The notes under the pieces were generated by a model. It worked only from the letters and a program-made list of their open reading frames with translations. It ran no database searches and was not told the DNA's origin. A stretch of DNA of 64,000 bases from Lama guanicoe (Eukaryota): assembly GCA_013239625.1 (NCBI GenBank), contig MU053934.1:10455003-10519002 (forward strand). Reading direction: 5' to 3'. The position numbers and the translations under genes are program-made. Position 1 is the stretch's first letter. The number at the start of each line of letters is the position of its first letter. Positions 12,232 through 23,881 of this stretch are shown one piece after another.

Positions 12232-12400
12232 CATTTACTTATTCATAGTAAAGTATAGTTGACTTACAATATTATATTAGTTTCAGGTGTTCAACATAGT
12301 GATAATGATTCAATATTTTTATAGATTATACTCCATTTAAAATTATTGCAAAATAATGGTTGTATTCCCTTGTGCTATACAATACAGCAGTGTGGCTCTG
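12232..12400 (-). mobile_element. Short L1 3' end fragment
   Basis: 'aagtatagttgacttacaatattatattagtttcaggtgttcaacatagtgat...tattcccttgtgctatacaatac'. Confidence 0.8.
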
Positions 12401-12637
12401 CATTTATTGTTAGCATTCTTCTATAAGACATAAAATTCCCTGCTCCATAATAATCGATTAACTAATTGGTATGAGTGTAATAGATGTTGACATATACTTG
12501 GTATATACTGATAACATGAGCTCAGAAGTTCCTGTGCTGTTCAAAGGATTCTAATATGTCATGATCAGAATTTACTATGATGCTGAGATGTTCTCAGATT
12601 TAGCCTGTAAGAACCTCTTCTGGCTTTTGTGTCTTTT

Positions 12638-15600
12638 TTTTTTTTTAAAAAAACAGCTGGATTGAAATGTAACTGAATATTACAAAATAAAGCTGCTATG
12701 AACCCCCATGCACAGGTATCTGCATGGACCCACGCTTGCCTTATCCCTTCGGCAAATACCTAGGGGTGACTGACAGGATCGTACAGTCCACGTGAGTTCA
12801 ACACTTTCAGAAATGTCAGTTTTCCATGGTTCCCAGTTTCTGCTTCTAGAGGCTGTGGTTTCTCACAGCACCCTCTGCGCTTGGGAAGGTCACTCTTCTT
12901 ACATTTAGCCCTTCTGGCATGCGCAGAGCGGTATCTCCTTGAGGTTTTGATTTGCATTTCCCTGATGGCAGTAATTCTGAGCATCTTTTTATGTGCGTAG
13001 CTGCTAGCTGTATTTTCTTCCATGAAGTGTGTGTGTCTGTTCTTGATGTCTCAGCCTTCTAAAAAAATTAAGTTGTTCACATTCTTGAGTTTTGAAAATT
13101 CTCTACATTGTCTGGATACATGTCTTTTGTCTGATACATGATTTGCAAATATTTTCTCCAAGTCTGTGGCTTTCCTTTCCATCCCCTTAAAAGTTTTTTT
13201 CAAAAAGCAGAAAATTTAATTTTCTTTTTTCTTTTTTAGATTTAACTTTTGGCACCGTATCAAAGAAAACTTAGCCTAATTTAAGGCCACAAGGTTTTTT
13301 TTTTGTTTTTTTATTTTGCTTCTAGAAGTTTTATAGTTTTCAGTGGCACATTGAGTTAATTTTAGTACGTGGTGAGAGGTATGGATTGAAGCACATTTCT
13401 TGCATATGCATATCCATTTGTTCTAGCGCCATTTGTGAGAACAGTTATCCTTCTCCACTGCACTGCCTTTACATCTTTAAAAACACTTGGTGGCCCACAT
13501 ATGTGTGGGTCTGTTGGGCCTATTTCTGGACCCTGTTCTGTCCCATTGATCTGTTTTCTTCTAATTTGCTGCCAATACCAGCTTGTCCTGGTTATCATCA
13601 TAAGTCTTGAGATCAGGGAATTTTAGTTGTCCTATTTTTGTTCTTGTTTTCCTTTGTTTAGTTGTTCAACAGTCTTTGAATTTTTATAGAAATTTTAGAA
13701 CAGATTGTTAACTTCTATGAAAAAAAACTGCTATAAAAATTTTTTGAATTGTCTTAAACCTACAGATCAATTTGGGAAGGACTGACATCTTAACAGTATC
13801 GAGTCTTTCAATGAATTAGCAGGGCATATCTTATGTAATTTGTCTTCTTTAATTTCTCCTGGCAATGTTTTGTAGTTTGCAGTTTATAGATATTGTACAT
13901 CTTTTGTCAGATTTATCCCTAAGTATTTCATATTTTATGCTATTGTAATTGTTATTGTTTTTAAAATTTTAAAATGTGATTGTTACTAATATGTAGATAC
14001 ACAGCTGACTTGTGTTTTGGTCTTGTGTCTAGTAACCTTGCTAACGTCATTCATTCTAGGGGTTCTTTTGCTTATATTTCATCCAATTTCCTACGTAGAC
14101 AATCATGTTGTCTGCGAACAAAGACACTTTCACTTTACACCTTCCTTTTGTTTCTTTTACTTGTCTTATTTCACTAGCTAGTATCTCCAGTGGAAAGTAG
14201 ACTGCAAGCCGTGAGAGCAGAAATCCTTGTATTGATGGTGTACTTGGTGGATATAGAATTCTGGATTGGCAGTTTTTTCTTTCAGTACTTTTCTCTGTCT
14301 TCTTGCTCACATCATCTTTGATGGGAAATTTCTTGCTTCCACCTTTTGTGAAGAGAAATTTGTTGTTATACTAACCTTTGCTCCTTTGTGTATGACATGT
14401 CCTTCATCTCTGGGGGCTTTTTGAGTTTGATTATGATGTGCCTTGGTGTTGTTTTCTTCATCTTTCTTACACTTGGGGTTCATTGAGCTTCTTGGATCTG
14501 TGGGTTTATAGTTACAACACTTGGAATATCTCTGAAAATATTTCTTTCTCCCTCCCTCCCCCAGCATCCTCTTTCTCAGAACCTGAAACAAATTAGGCGG
14601 ATTGAGGCTGTCCCAAATCTCACTGATGCTCGGTTCACTTTCTAAAAGTTCTTTTTCTCCCCACTGTGTTTTATTTTGGGTAGTTTCTGTGGCTGTATCT
14701 TCAAGTTTACTAATCTTTCCTTCTGCCTTTAATCTTACCCAGCGTATTTTTCATCTTATGCTTTGTAGTTTCATCTCTAAATGTTCAATTTGGGACATTT
14801 TGTTTTCCATCTTTCATGAACATATGGGATTAGCTTCTTGAACATATGGAATGAAGTCATAATAACTGTTTTAATGTCCTTCTCTGCTGATTTTAATATC
14901 TGTGTCAGTTCTGGGTTAGTTTCAATTGATTATTCCCTTATCCTAGGTCATATTTTTCTACTTCTTTGCACGCCTGGTAATCTGGTTGGATGCCAAACGT
15001 TGTGAATTTTGCCTTGTTTGATGCTGGATAATTTGTACTCCTAGAAGCATTCTTGAGCTTTTTTTTTTTTTTTATGGGATGCAGTTAAGTTATTTGAAAC
15101 AGTTTGGTCTTTTCAGGTCCTGCTTTTAAGATTTCTTTGGGAATTGAAGCAGTGTCCAATCCAGGGCATAATTTGTACTCCTAGAAATATTCTTGAGCTT
15201 TTTCTAAATGGGATGCAGTTAAGTTATTTGAAACAATTTGATCTTTCCAGGTCCTGCTTTTAAGATTTCTTTGGGAATTGAAGCAGTGTCCAATCCAGAG
15301 CTGTTTATTCTCTGCTGCTGGGGCAAGGCTCTCCTGAGTATCCCCCCAAAGTCTGGTGAAAGCTGACATTTTCCAGTCTGGCTTGTGGAGAGGCACCATT
15401 CCCAGTCCTGCGTGTGCACACTGGTCATTGTTACCTTTACTCCTCCTTCTCTGGCTTCAGGTTGTTCCCTCATATTTATGTGCCGATCAGTTTTCAGCCG
15501 ACTGGTGGAGGGACCCTCTGCAGACCTCTGGAATTCCTCTCTGGGCATCTCCCTTCTCTCTGGTGCTCTGTCAAATGAACGCTACCCTCCTTGGTTTCCC

Positions 15601-15835
15601 CAGACTGTCTGCTCTGTCTCCTCCACTCAGGGAGTGCCCCTGGGCTGGAAACTCCCTCCGGGTTGTAAACTGGGGAAATCCTAGGACCTCTCATTTGTTT
15701 TCCCTCCCTCAGTATCACTCACTGACATCAAGGCCTGATGTCTGAGGTCCTGCAAACCTTTATTTCATGTTTGTTGACCATTTTTTACATTGTTTTTTGG
15801 GGCAGCATAAATTCAGTCCCTGGTAGCAAAAGTCA
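12638..15835 (-). mobile_element. Internally deleted L1 with both ends and a TSD (old L1M family)
   Basis: PolyT at about 12634-12646; ORF2 remnants (IREMQIKT in 12760..13023, VSLFADNMIVY in 14056..14310); ORF1 remnant (CQSRILYP); 5'UTR to about 15835; TSD cttttgtgtctttt (12624-12637) / cttctgtgtctttt (15836-15849). Confidence 0.88.
15028..15301. repeat. Head-to-tail tandem duplication (140 bp + 134 bp)
   Basis: Copies 15028-15167 and 15168-15301 both run 'ataatttgtactcctagaa...atgggatgcagttaagttatttgaaaca...ttgaagcagtgtccaatccag'. Confidence 0.95.
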
Positions 15836-16134
15836 CTTCTGTGTCTTTTGTGACATGTCCGTGGCATTCTTTGACCCCTTCCTTGTGTTCTGGCCCATCA
15901 AGGTATTTAAGCCTCAATTTGTGCTTCCCCCATCTCAGCCCTGGAATCGACCATTTCTCTGAGGAGCCCTGGTTCCTTTGGTGGAGAATGGTATTCAGAC
16001 AAGATCTGGGCACAAAGTACGCTCATTGCTGCTGGAGTGTCACTGTCTTCAGCGACTCTCAGTGGAAAACAGTTTGGGGATTGTATGTATATATGCACTT
16101 ACATCTGTTTTTTTCCCAATTTATACACAGATTT

Positions 16135-16400
16135 TTGTTTTTACTTCTTAAAAATGAAGTGCAGTTGGTTTACAACGTTAGTTTCAGGTGTACAGCCAAG
16201 TGACTCAGTTATACGTGTCCATACACACATATTTTTTCAGACTCTTTCCCATTGTATGTTATTACATGGAATTGAATATCGTTCCCTGTGCTGTACAGTA
16301 GGTCCTTGCTGTTTATCTATTTTATATATAGTAGTGTGTATATGTGAATCCCAAACTCCTAATTTACCCCTCCCCTGCCCTGCCCCCATGGTCACCCCGC
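16135..16400 (-). mobile_element. L1 3'UTR fragment (cetartiodactyl-type)
   Basis: 'gaagtgcagttggtttacaacgttagtttcaggtgtacagccaagtgactcagttatac...ttccctgtgctgtacagtaggtccttgctgtttatctatttt'. Confidence 0.9.
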
Positions 16401-16614
16401 GTGTCTATATACAGTGAAAACCTCCAACCCCTCCCCGCCGCTCGGCTCATCCCAGAGACCCTCCTTCCCTTGTCCGCACTGCCTTCTGAACTTGCAGGTG
16501 TGTTTTAGGGCATCACCTTAAACAAGATGGAAGGTACCAGTAGTCCATGAGTCCTTTGGCAGGGGCCGGGGGGTGTTCGGTAGGAAAGGGAGCCGTTCCT
16601 GTGGGGAGCAGGGC

Positions 16615-16780
16615 CCCCAGGTTGGAGCTGGGGTTACGGCTGTGTGAGCCTGGGACAACCAGTGACTGGGCTGGACTTCAGCCTCCTCACCTGTAAAACC
16701 AGGACGTGATTCTTCCAGCTGCATCCCGATCCCTCTGTGAGGGTGAGAGGTCGCTGTGGAGATGTAAAGGCTGCTGCTGC
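16615..16780 (+). mobile_element. MIR SINE
   Basis: 'ggctgtgtgagcctgggacaacc...ttcagcctcctcacctgtaaaaccagg' is a MIR core. Confidence 0.65.
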
Positions 16781-17604
16781 TCCTCAGGAGACAGTCCTGC
16801 GTGAGGGCTGTGGCTCACGGCGTCGCCAGCCTGTCGGGGCCGAGGTGAGAACGAAGGGGTGCGAGCGAGGCAGCTCCGAGCCTCCGCGGTGCAGGGTAAC
16901 CCTGGGGGGAGCCGCAGACACTGGGAAGAGGCTCTGCCCTTCACTCACTGGTCCTGCAGGTGTGTGCTCGGCTCCAGGCCCCGTGCTGGTCCTGAGGGCA
17001 CCCCGGCACCCCGTTACAGGGGAGGAGTGTGTGCTCTGGGGGATGGTGGTGGGGAGGTTGATGGGTGGGGGGGTACCAGGGAGCCTTGCTTCTACAGACT
17101 CTGAAACCTGTGGGGTGCTGTGACCAGAGGCTTGCGTCTGGGGTGGTGATGGGAGGAGGGAGCAGGTTCTGAAGAACGGGACTCCGTTTCCTGCGTAGGT
17201 GGCCACATGCTTCCCTGAGCCTCAGTTTACTGACCTGCCCAGTGCTGGCCGTGTGGGGAGGTGAAGAGCCAGCAGGACCAGCCGAATCACGAGAGCCCTT
17301 CGAACACTGATGTCCTGTGTCTAACAAAGGCCCTGGCATATTCTGGTGAATGAACAAGTGATGACTTTTAAAGTCTCACAGCCCCGATCCTAGCCAAGCA
17401 CCCGATTAGTGATGGACTCCCTAGCCCTGCTCTTTGGCAGTTCCTGACCGGTGATTCCTGCCAGCCCCGCCTCCCCTCCCCCCAGAGGGCAGCATGGTTT
17501 CCCGCTCCACAGGGAGCGACCTGGTCCAAGGCTGATGGTCCGCCCTTCGCCCGTCCATGCCAGCAAGTGTCCCCACCGATGTTTCTCTGGACTCACGTGT
17601 CCGA

Positions 17605-17775
17605 GCCTCATCTGAGCGCTTCCCGTCTTCCCATTTCACTGCCTCACCCTAACAAGGGGTGTTGCGGTCTTCCTCCCACTGTGAGGACAGGGGAACTGAG
17701 TCCCGCAGAGACCGGCTAGTTCTCCCGGCTCAGGAGGCCACTAGCTGGCCGAGGCAGCTTGAGGGCAGGGCTGTG
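17605..17775 (-). mobile_element. MIR SINE
   Basis: 'ctcccactgtgaggacaggggaactgagtcccgcagagaccgg...ggccactagctgg' is a reverse MIR core. Confidence 0.6.
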
Positions 17776-17914
17776 AGGGTGTCCGTCTCCCAGGGCTCCC
17801 GGGACGGCCCCACCTGGAGAGAGCCCGGCAGGGCTGGGCGCCTGTGCTCTCGTCCGCACCGCGGCGTTGGGAAGGAAGCTCCCGGGAGCCCGCGGTGGGC
17901 GGGCATGAGCCCTT

Positions 17915-18410
17915 CAGGAATGGAAAGCACTGTAAATATTAAGCCCAAGGAGCCCTTTTCCGTCACCTCCTCTTTCCCATTGTGTTGCAAATTCCCGTAC
18001 CTGCTCTCGCTCTCTGGGAAAGGGAAGGCAGCCTCTTTAATAACCGTGCTATTAGCAAGTTATCAAGTATCTGCTTGCATTTGCCAGAAAGCACCTCTGT
18101 GGCTGGGGGACCGTTTCGCATCTGCCTTTCCCATCCCACTCAGCACTTCCAGCCTCACAGGCGGCACTCCCAGCGCAAAACTGTCTGCGTATCACGGTTG
18201 AGGGAAATTATTTTTTAAAGGGAGGGAAAGAGGATGCAGTTTACAGATGTCTGTGTGATGCACAAAGCAAGGAAGGGTCTTCCCGGCCCCGAGTGTGGAC
18301 GGATTTAGCAGCGTCGACAGAACGCCGGAACCGCTGTCGGATGGCTGCAACTTCATAAACGCTCTCAGTAAAACTCACGCAGGTAACTTTTGGTTGGAAT
18401 TCGGAGACTT
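17915..18410. promoter_or_regulatory. Candidate conserved non-coding element
   Basis: Non-repeat block with GTAAATATT, TTTAATAAC, TTATCAAG, AAATTATTTTTTAAA and CTTCATAAAC motifs. Confidence 0.35.
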
Positions 18411-18561
18411 ACATCCCCTCCACCCCTTCCCTCCACCACGGGGGTTCTCAACACTTTCTGGAGTGGCCGTGGGGGTGGGGAGCAGCGGCCTGGCCGTTCC
18501 GGGGCCACCGTGCTCTTGGTGCTGCCGGCTGCCACCTCCCCACCCCACCTGGCTTCCCTGG

Positions 18562-19008
18562 TGCAGGGAGCTGAATCGTGGCTCAAAAAAGCGCACGTCC
18601 ACCAAAAACCTCAGGATGTGACTGTCTTTGGAACTAGGGCTTTTGAAGACATACTTAAGTAAGGCTCTTGAGATGAGGACATCACCCGGGATTGGAGTGG
18701 CCCTAAATCCAGTCACTGTCCTTAAGAGAAGAGGAGAGGACGCAGGCACACACCAGGAGGCCCCGTGACCACGGAGGCAGAGGCTGGGGTCGGGCATCTA
18801 CAGCCAGCAAGCACTGAGGGCTGCTCACAGCATCGGAAGCTGGGAGAGAGGCCTGGGGTGGGCTCCCCTCACAGCCTCCAGAAGGGACCAGCTCCACCCA
18901 CACCTTGATCCCGGACTTCTGGTCTCCAGACAGTGAGAGAATCATTATCTGTTATTGAAGCCAATCCGTTTGTGCTGCCTGGTTATGGGGTCACAGGGAA
19001 CCACTGTA
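18562..19008 (+). mobile_element. MLT1C-like MaLR solo LTR
   Basis: 'aacctcaggatgtgactgtctttggaactaggg', 'ggccctaaatccagtcactgtccttaagagaagaggag', 'cacaccttgatcccggacttctggtctccagacagtgagagaat'; flanked by CCTGG at 18557-18561 and 19009-19013 (5-bp TSD candidate). Confidence 0.9.
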
Positions 19009-20542
19009 CCTGGTGAACCCCAGACAGATCTTCCAGGCATGAGCTCAGATTCTCTGGGACTCCTTTCCCGGCCGCCATGACGCCCGGCAGCGGTCCCCCT
19101 GCTGCGTCTCAGGTCGCCCGCCACACCCTCACTCGCTGACCACTGGCCGCCACCGCCTCTGCTCCTGACCCCGTGAGCTGCTCGGGGCAGGGCCGCCCTG
19201 GCCCACGGTGCGTCCTCGGGCCTCACTCCCGGCCCGTCACACATCGGTGCCTTTGGAGACTGACCGTGTGCTTGTTAAGCGGCGAATCTCGCTGAAGGAG
19301 GTCGTGCTCGACTGCCTCCTAAGGCCTCCTCGCCTGCGGAACGAGTCCCCGAGTCTTCTGTTCGGTGCTCAGTTTTTCCTTGTTGGATCACAAAAAGCTT
19401 GCTTTGCAATCATCTCATTAACTAACAAACATTTGTGGGGTTTCTCTTCTGAGCCAGGATCTGGGGTGGCAATGAGCGAGACATGGCTGCCACTCCCCCA
19501 CCTCCCCTGTCCCCCTGCCCCGGGGCGCCTGCTTCTCCCGATCCTCTGGGACCACCCCCTCTTTCCTCCACACATGCCACCCCCAGTGGGCTCCTAGTCA
19601 CCAGATTCCTTGCCCCGCCTCCTGGAACCCGTGGTCGTCCGTCCGCTGCAGGATGGCTCATTCAGCTCCAGTCTCAGCCTGGAGGTCTTCCTGGTGGGAA
19701 AACTCCTGTCTGAAGGGGAGAAGTGAGGCCACTCAGGGCTGAGGACCCCCTGCACGAGGGCCTTGGCTGCTGCCATGTGTAAGCACGTGTGGCTCTGCGT
19801 ATGTGTCTCTCTCCCTGCGGACAGCCAGCTCACCAGGGAGGGCCTAGTAGCCCTTGCTTGGCCCTGAGCCCATGCCCCACAGGTGCTCGGCACGGGGGGC
19901 TCAGGGGTCTGGCACGCGTGGCACCTGCCACCAAGGGCTCTCGAGGCACCTGTCCATCTGCTCTCCATCCCCACGCCCGGCCACACCTCCCCGCCTGTCG
20001 GGCTAGGAGCACTGCAGGCCCAGCATGGGGACATCTTTCCCGACCCCTTCCCCTGAGCCCCGTCGTGCTGAGCAGCCCAGGGCCCTGGGCGTCGCTCTGG
20101 AGATGCCCTGCATCCTGTCCCTGAGCCAGGGTCCTACTCTTGTGTTCTCAGCCACGAAATCTTTCCTCTCAAGTCGAGTAGATCCTCTGCTTGTGGGAGC
20201 AAGAAAGATGTGCTGTGCATTCAACACGTTCCTCATTTTCTGTATTTTGTAAGGGTTTGACACCTTGGCGGGGGAGGGGGCCTTGCTGGCTAGGAGAGGC
20301 GCCCCTCCCCGGCTGGCTAATTCCTCCCCCGTCCCTTCCCTCAGAGACTCTGATGCGGGCTGGGCTGGGCCCCCCTCCCTCCTTCCCGTCTCCTGTCAGA
20401 TCTGGTGCTTCTCCCAGTGGCCCCGCAGGGCAGCACGCCTCCCGTTTCCAGGGGACCATGAGCACCGCTGCACTTTTCATGTCGTCACTCTGCCCCCTTT
20501 ACCGGTTAAGACCAGGCACAAGTCCTGCTGTTACCATTCTGG

Positions 20543-20985
20543 TTTTTTTTTTAATTGCAGTGTAGTTGATCTGCAACGCTGCGTCAGTTTCTGGCGGACA
20601 GCACGGTGGCTCGGCCATGCACACGCATGTGTTCTTTTTCATACTGTTTTCCACGGTAGGCGTCACAAGCTATTGGCTATAGTGCCCTGTGCGCTGCAGT
20701 AGGTCCTTGCTGTTCATTTTACATTCAGTGGTGTGTACCTGTTAATCCCAAACTCCTTTTCCCCTTTGAGCCCTTTCCCCTTTGGTAACCATGAGTATTT
20801 TTTTTTTCTATGTTTGTAAATCTGTTTGTTTTGTAAATAAGTTCATTTGTCTCTTTTTGTCTAGATTCCACATGGAAGTGATACCACGTGACATTTGTCT
20901 TTCTCTTCTGACTTACTTCACTTAGTATGAGCGTCTCCAGCTCCACCCACTCTGGTGCAGAAGGTCACCATTATTCTTTCCACCC
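20543..20985 (-). mobile_element. L1 3'UTR plus ORF2 end, GC-shifted
   Basis: ORF 20725..20946(-) begins ELETLILSEVSQK (L1 ORF2 end); 3'UTR motifs match the copies at 524 and 16135. Confidence 0.9.
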
Positions 20986-21339
20986 CATGGTCTGCAGGCA
21001 GGTAAAGCGGTCTGAGGGGTAGGGTGAACTTTTCCAGAAAGGTTGACCTGAGTCGAGGCAGGGAAGCCTGGCAGGAGCCACTGAGCCCAGCACGAAGGGT
21101 CTTCAGCCCTGAGGGAAGGCCTGCTGGGCCTGGGGCTTCAAACAGCCCCCATGTGGCGCTCCGCGGCCCTTCCCGGCTGGGCCCCACCATCTCAGGAGCC
21201 TGCCCTCCCGTCCGGATGACTTCACTGTGCCCGCATCAAGACGCGCATCGGCGCTTGGGCGGTCCTGGTTTTGTGGGCCGAGCCCACCGCAGACCCATGG
21301 TGGTTTTGTCTCTGGCCTCTCTGATGACATCAGTGTATC

Positions 21340-21830
21340 TCCATATGATAATAAGCAATCAAAATTCAATGAATAAAACAGTGAATCCTCTTAATAAAAT
21401 GCAATGTCTGCATTGGCAGAACCATCCTCCAGGCACATGGGTGCTCGTTCTGAATTCCCCGGGGACTGGTGAGGAGAGCCAGAGGGGCTGCCAAGTGCCA
21501 GCTGGGCTGCAGGGCTGGCGTCCCTGCCTCGCCCGGAGGTGGCCCAGATCAGTGGCTGGAGCTGGCTGCTTCCATTTTGATGGCTTCAGCTTCCGCAGAG
21601 TAACCCCGGAAAGAAGTCTCTTAAAATGCATCTTTGAAATTCTGGCACTGTCGCCTCCAATAAAAGCCGTAGAAGGGAAATTTCAATAAGATAACTCAAG
21701 AACATTTAATTTTCTGCTCCTTTGGATTTGCTATCTTATTACAGCCATTCAGTTAGCTAATAAATGTCCAATCCTGTCCAATCTTCAGAGCAAGCGAAGA
21801 GGCTGGGATTTAAATAATTGGATGGAATGT
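21340..21830. promoter_or_regulatory. Candidate conserved enhancer (AATAAA/HOX13-CDX-type motif cluster)
   Basis: GAATAAAA 21371, TTAATAAAA 21391, CCAATAAAA 21657 and CTAATAAA 21757 in two AT-rich non-repeat blocks. Confidence 0.45.
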
Positions 21831-23099
21831 CTAGGGGGCAGCTTTTAGCCGAGTCTGCCAAAGAAATTGGAGGGGGTGCGATGTCTAACCCTATTGTGGG
21901 AGCCACTTCCTCTAGTCCCGGCCCATCACCCCTGCCCCGCCCCGCCCCCATGGAGCTGAAGTCAGGGGCCTGAGTGGGAGGGCAGGGACAGGAGTGGAGC
22001 CCCTGGGAGTCCTGAGGTCATTCTCAGATCGGGGGGCGGTCTGGGCTGGGAGCTGGGATGGGCCAGTGAGACCAGCCATGCCCGAAAGTCTTCCTTTACT
22101 GGTCTTGACACAGAATCCGTATCCTGCCGGGCTTGGCGGTGATGGACGCAGGCTCAGCTGCCCCCCTGGAGACAGAAGACATGCTCAAGTCTCAATGTGA
22201 ATGAACCCCGTCCCTCTGCTGGGGCCTGGGATCAGGTGCCTGCCGCCAGTCAGCTGGACCTTTGGGGTCATTGTCAGGCCTGGCCTTGACCACATCCACT
22301 TGTTCCCAACCACCCTGCTCAGAGGCCACTCCATCGAGGCAGGGTGTCAGCTGAGGTCACTTAGAGGTTCCCCAGTTAGGATGGGCCTCCCCCTCCCCAC
22401 CCCTCCCTTTCCTGCCCATTCTTGAAGGCACACTCGGCCTTGGGGGAGCTGGTCTGCAGGGCTGCGCTCACCTGTCCAGGGCGCTGTGCAGGGACAGAAG
22501 CAGGTGCACTGAGCATAAGGGGAGCACCACGCCCCAGACCTCATGGTAGGTGCTTTCTGAGGCCACCCCCAGCCCTGGGGACAAGGTCCCTCCAAGGCGC
22601 TGGCAGGATCCCTGCTGTTGAGGCTCTACGCGGCGAATGTGGGACTGGTCCCGGCATGTGGCCAGTGTTGCCGATGCCGCTGAGTGCCAGGACAGCAGAG
22701 GCTGGAAGGGAAGGGCTCGCCCGAAGCAGCGCACGGTCTGAGGGTGGAGACCACAGAACCAGCAGCCCCACACTGAGTGGTGACTGTCCGGGGGCAAGGG
22801 ACTCGAGGCTCGGGGCCCAGGGATGATGTCCCCCCAAGGCTCAGCTCTGGCCCTGGGCCGAATGGCCATGAGGACTTAGCCTGGGGCCGACGGGCCAGAA
22901 CACGGGAAGGTGGAAGGTGGATTTGAACCCACACCTTCTATGTCCACACCCCGGGCACCCGTCACCAAGTTGCATCAACACAGGACACAAGATTTAGGAG
23001 TGAAACCCCATGTGGAGCCTCGGGGAGTCCCTGTGTGTTGCAGTGGGGCCGTGAGCTGGGAGGGAGGGCGCTGTGTGCGGGGCACGGGGAGCTGGCAGT

Positions 23100-23430
23100 G
23101 CGGGCGGGGAGGGACTTTGCAAACGTGAATAAGTTAAGGACCCTGAATGAGGCAGGAGGTGACCCGGATTATGTGGGTGGCCCAATGTCCTCACAAGGGT
23201 CCTTACAGACGAGAGCTCAGAAGAGGAGAAGGCCGCATGACACAGAGGCGGGGAGAGGGCGGGGACGCGCGTGCGGGCCCTGAAGGCGGAGGAAGGGATG
23301 CAGGAGGTGCAGCTCCGAGGCTGGAAACGTTCTCCCTAGAATCTTTGGGACCTCCGTCCCCCGGAATTGGAAGAGAAGAAACGTATGTTGTGAAAGCCAC
23401 TAAGCTTGTGGCCACAGCAGCCACAGGACA
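23100..23430 (+). mobile_element. MLT1D-like MaLR LTR
   Basis: 'agggactttgcaaacgtgaataagttaaggacc...ggattatgtgggtggcccaatgtcctcacaagggtccttac...gttgtgaaagccactaagcttgtgg'. Confidence 0.8.
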
Positions 23431-23746
23431 TCCCCCTGTGTCCCAGCCCTTTGGAGCAAGCAGGGGGCCATGTTGATTTGGGACCAGCTGTAACAGTGGA
23501 TTCTGTCCCATGGGAGGGGGGCTGCGCTGGGACACACGGGTTCCATGGAGCACAGAACGTCAAGGTGAAGGGGCTGGGGGTGACGAGTGAAGGGGGTGAG
23601 GGTGGTGCTGGGGGCCAGCCCCACAGGCCGCTGGGCCGCAGGAACCCGTGTGGGGCGGAGGAAGGAGCCTGCTGCTGCGAGCGCAGGAGGAGGTGGAGAC
23701 GCCCAGGCAGCTGGGGCAGGAGCCGGGAGCTGAGGGTGAGTGGGGT

Positions 23747-23881
23747 NNNNNNNNNNNNNNNNNNNNNNNNNNNNNNNNNNNNNNNNNNNNNNNNNNNNNN
23801 NNNNNNNNNNNNNNNNNNNNNNNNNNNNNNNNNNNNNNNNNNNNNNNNNNNNNNNNNNNNNNNNNNNNNNNNNNNNNNNNN
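23747..23881. other. Assembly gap (135 N)
   Basis: Run of N between G-rich flanks. Confidence 1.

Larger units (their letters stand above)
11060..16120 (-). mobile_element. L1MC4-like 3'UTR host element in pieces (11060-11464, 11994-12637, 15836-16120)
   Basis: Motifs 'ttattttgaaacaatctcaaacttgccagaaag', 'cattttgtagtatgtccattaatttggggttgtctgatg' and 'cagccctggaatcgaccatttctctgaggagccctggttcctttggtggagaatggtatt' are collinear once the inserts are removed. Confidence 0.8.

Noticed and set aside
21825..21843. Partial CTCF-like motif (ctagggggcagc); a similar partial match near 40532
   Set aside because: The 5' part of the core consensus is mismatched, and such partial matches are common in GC-rich DNA.
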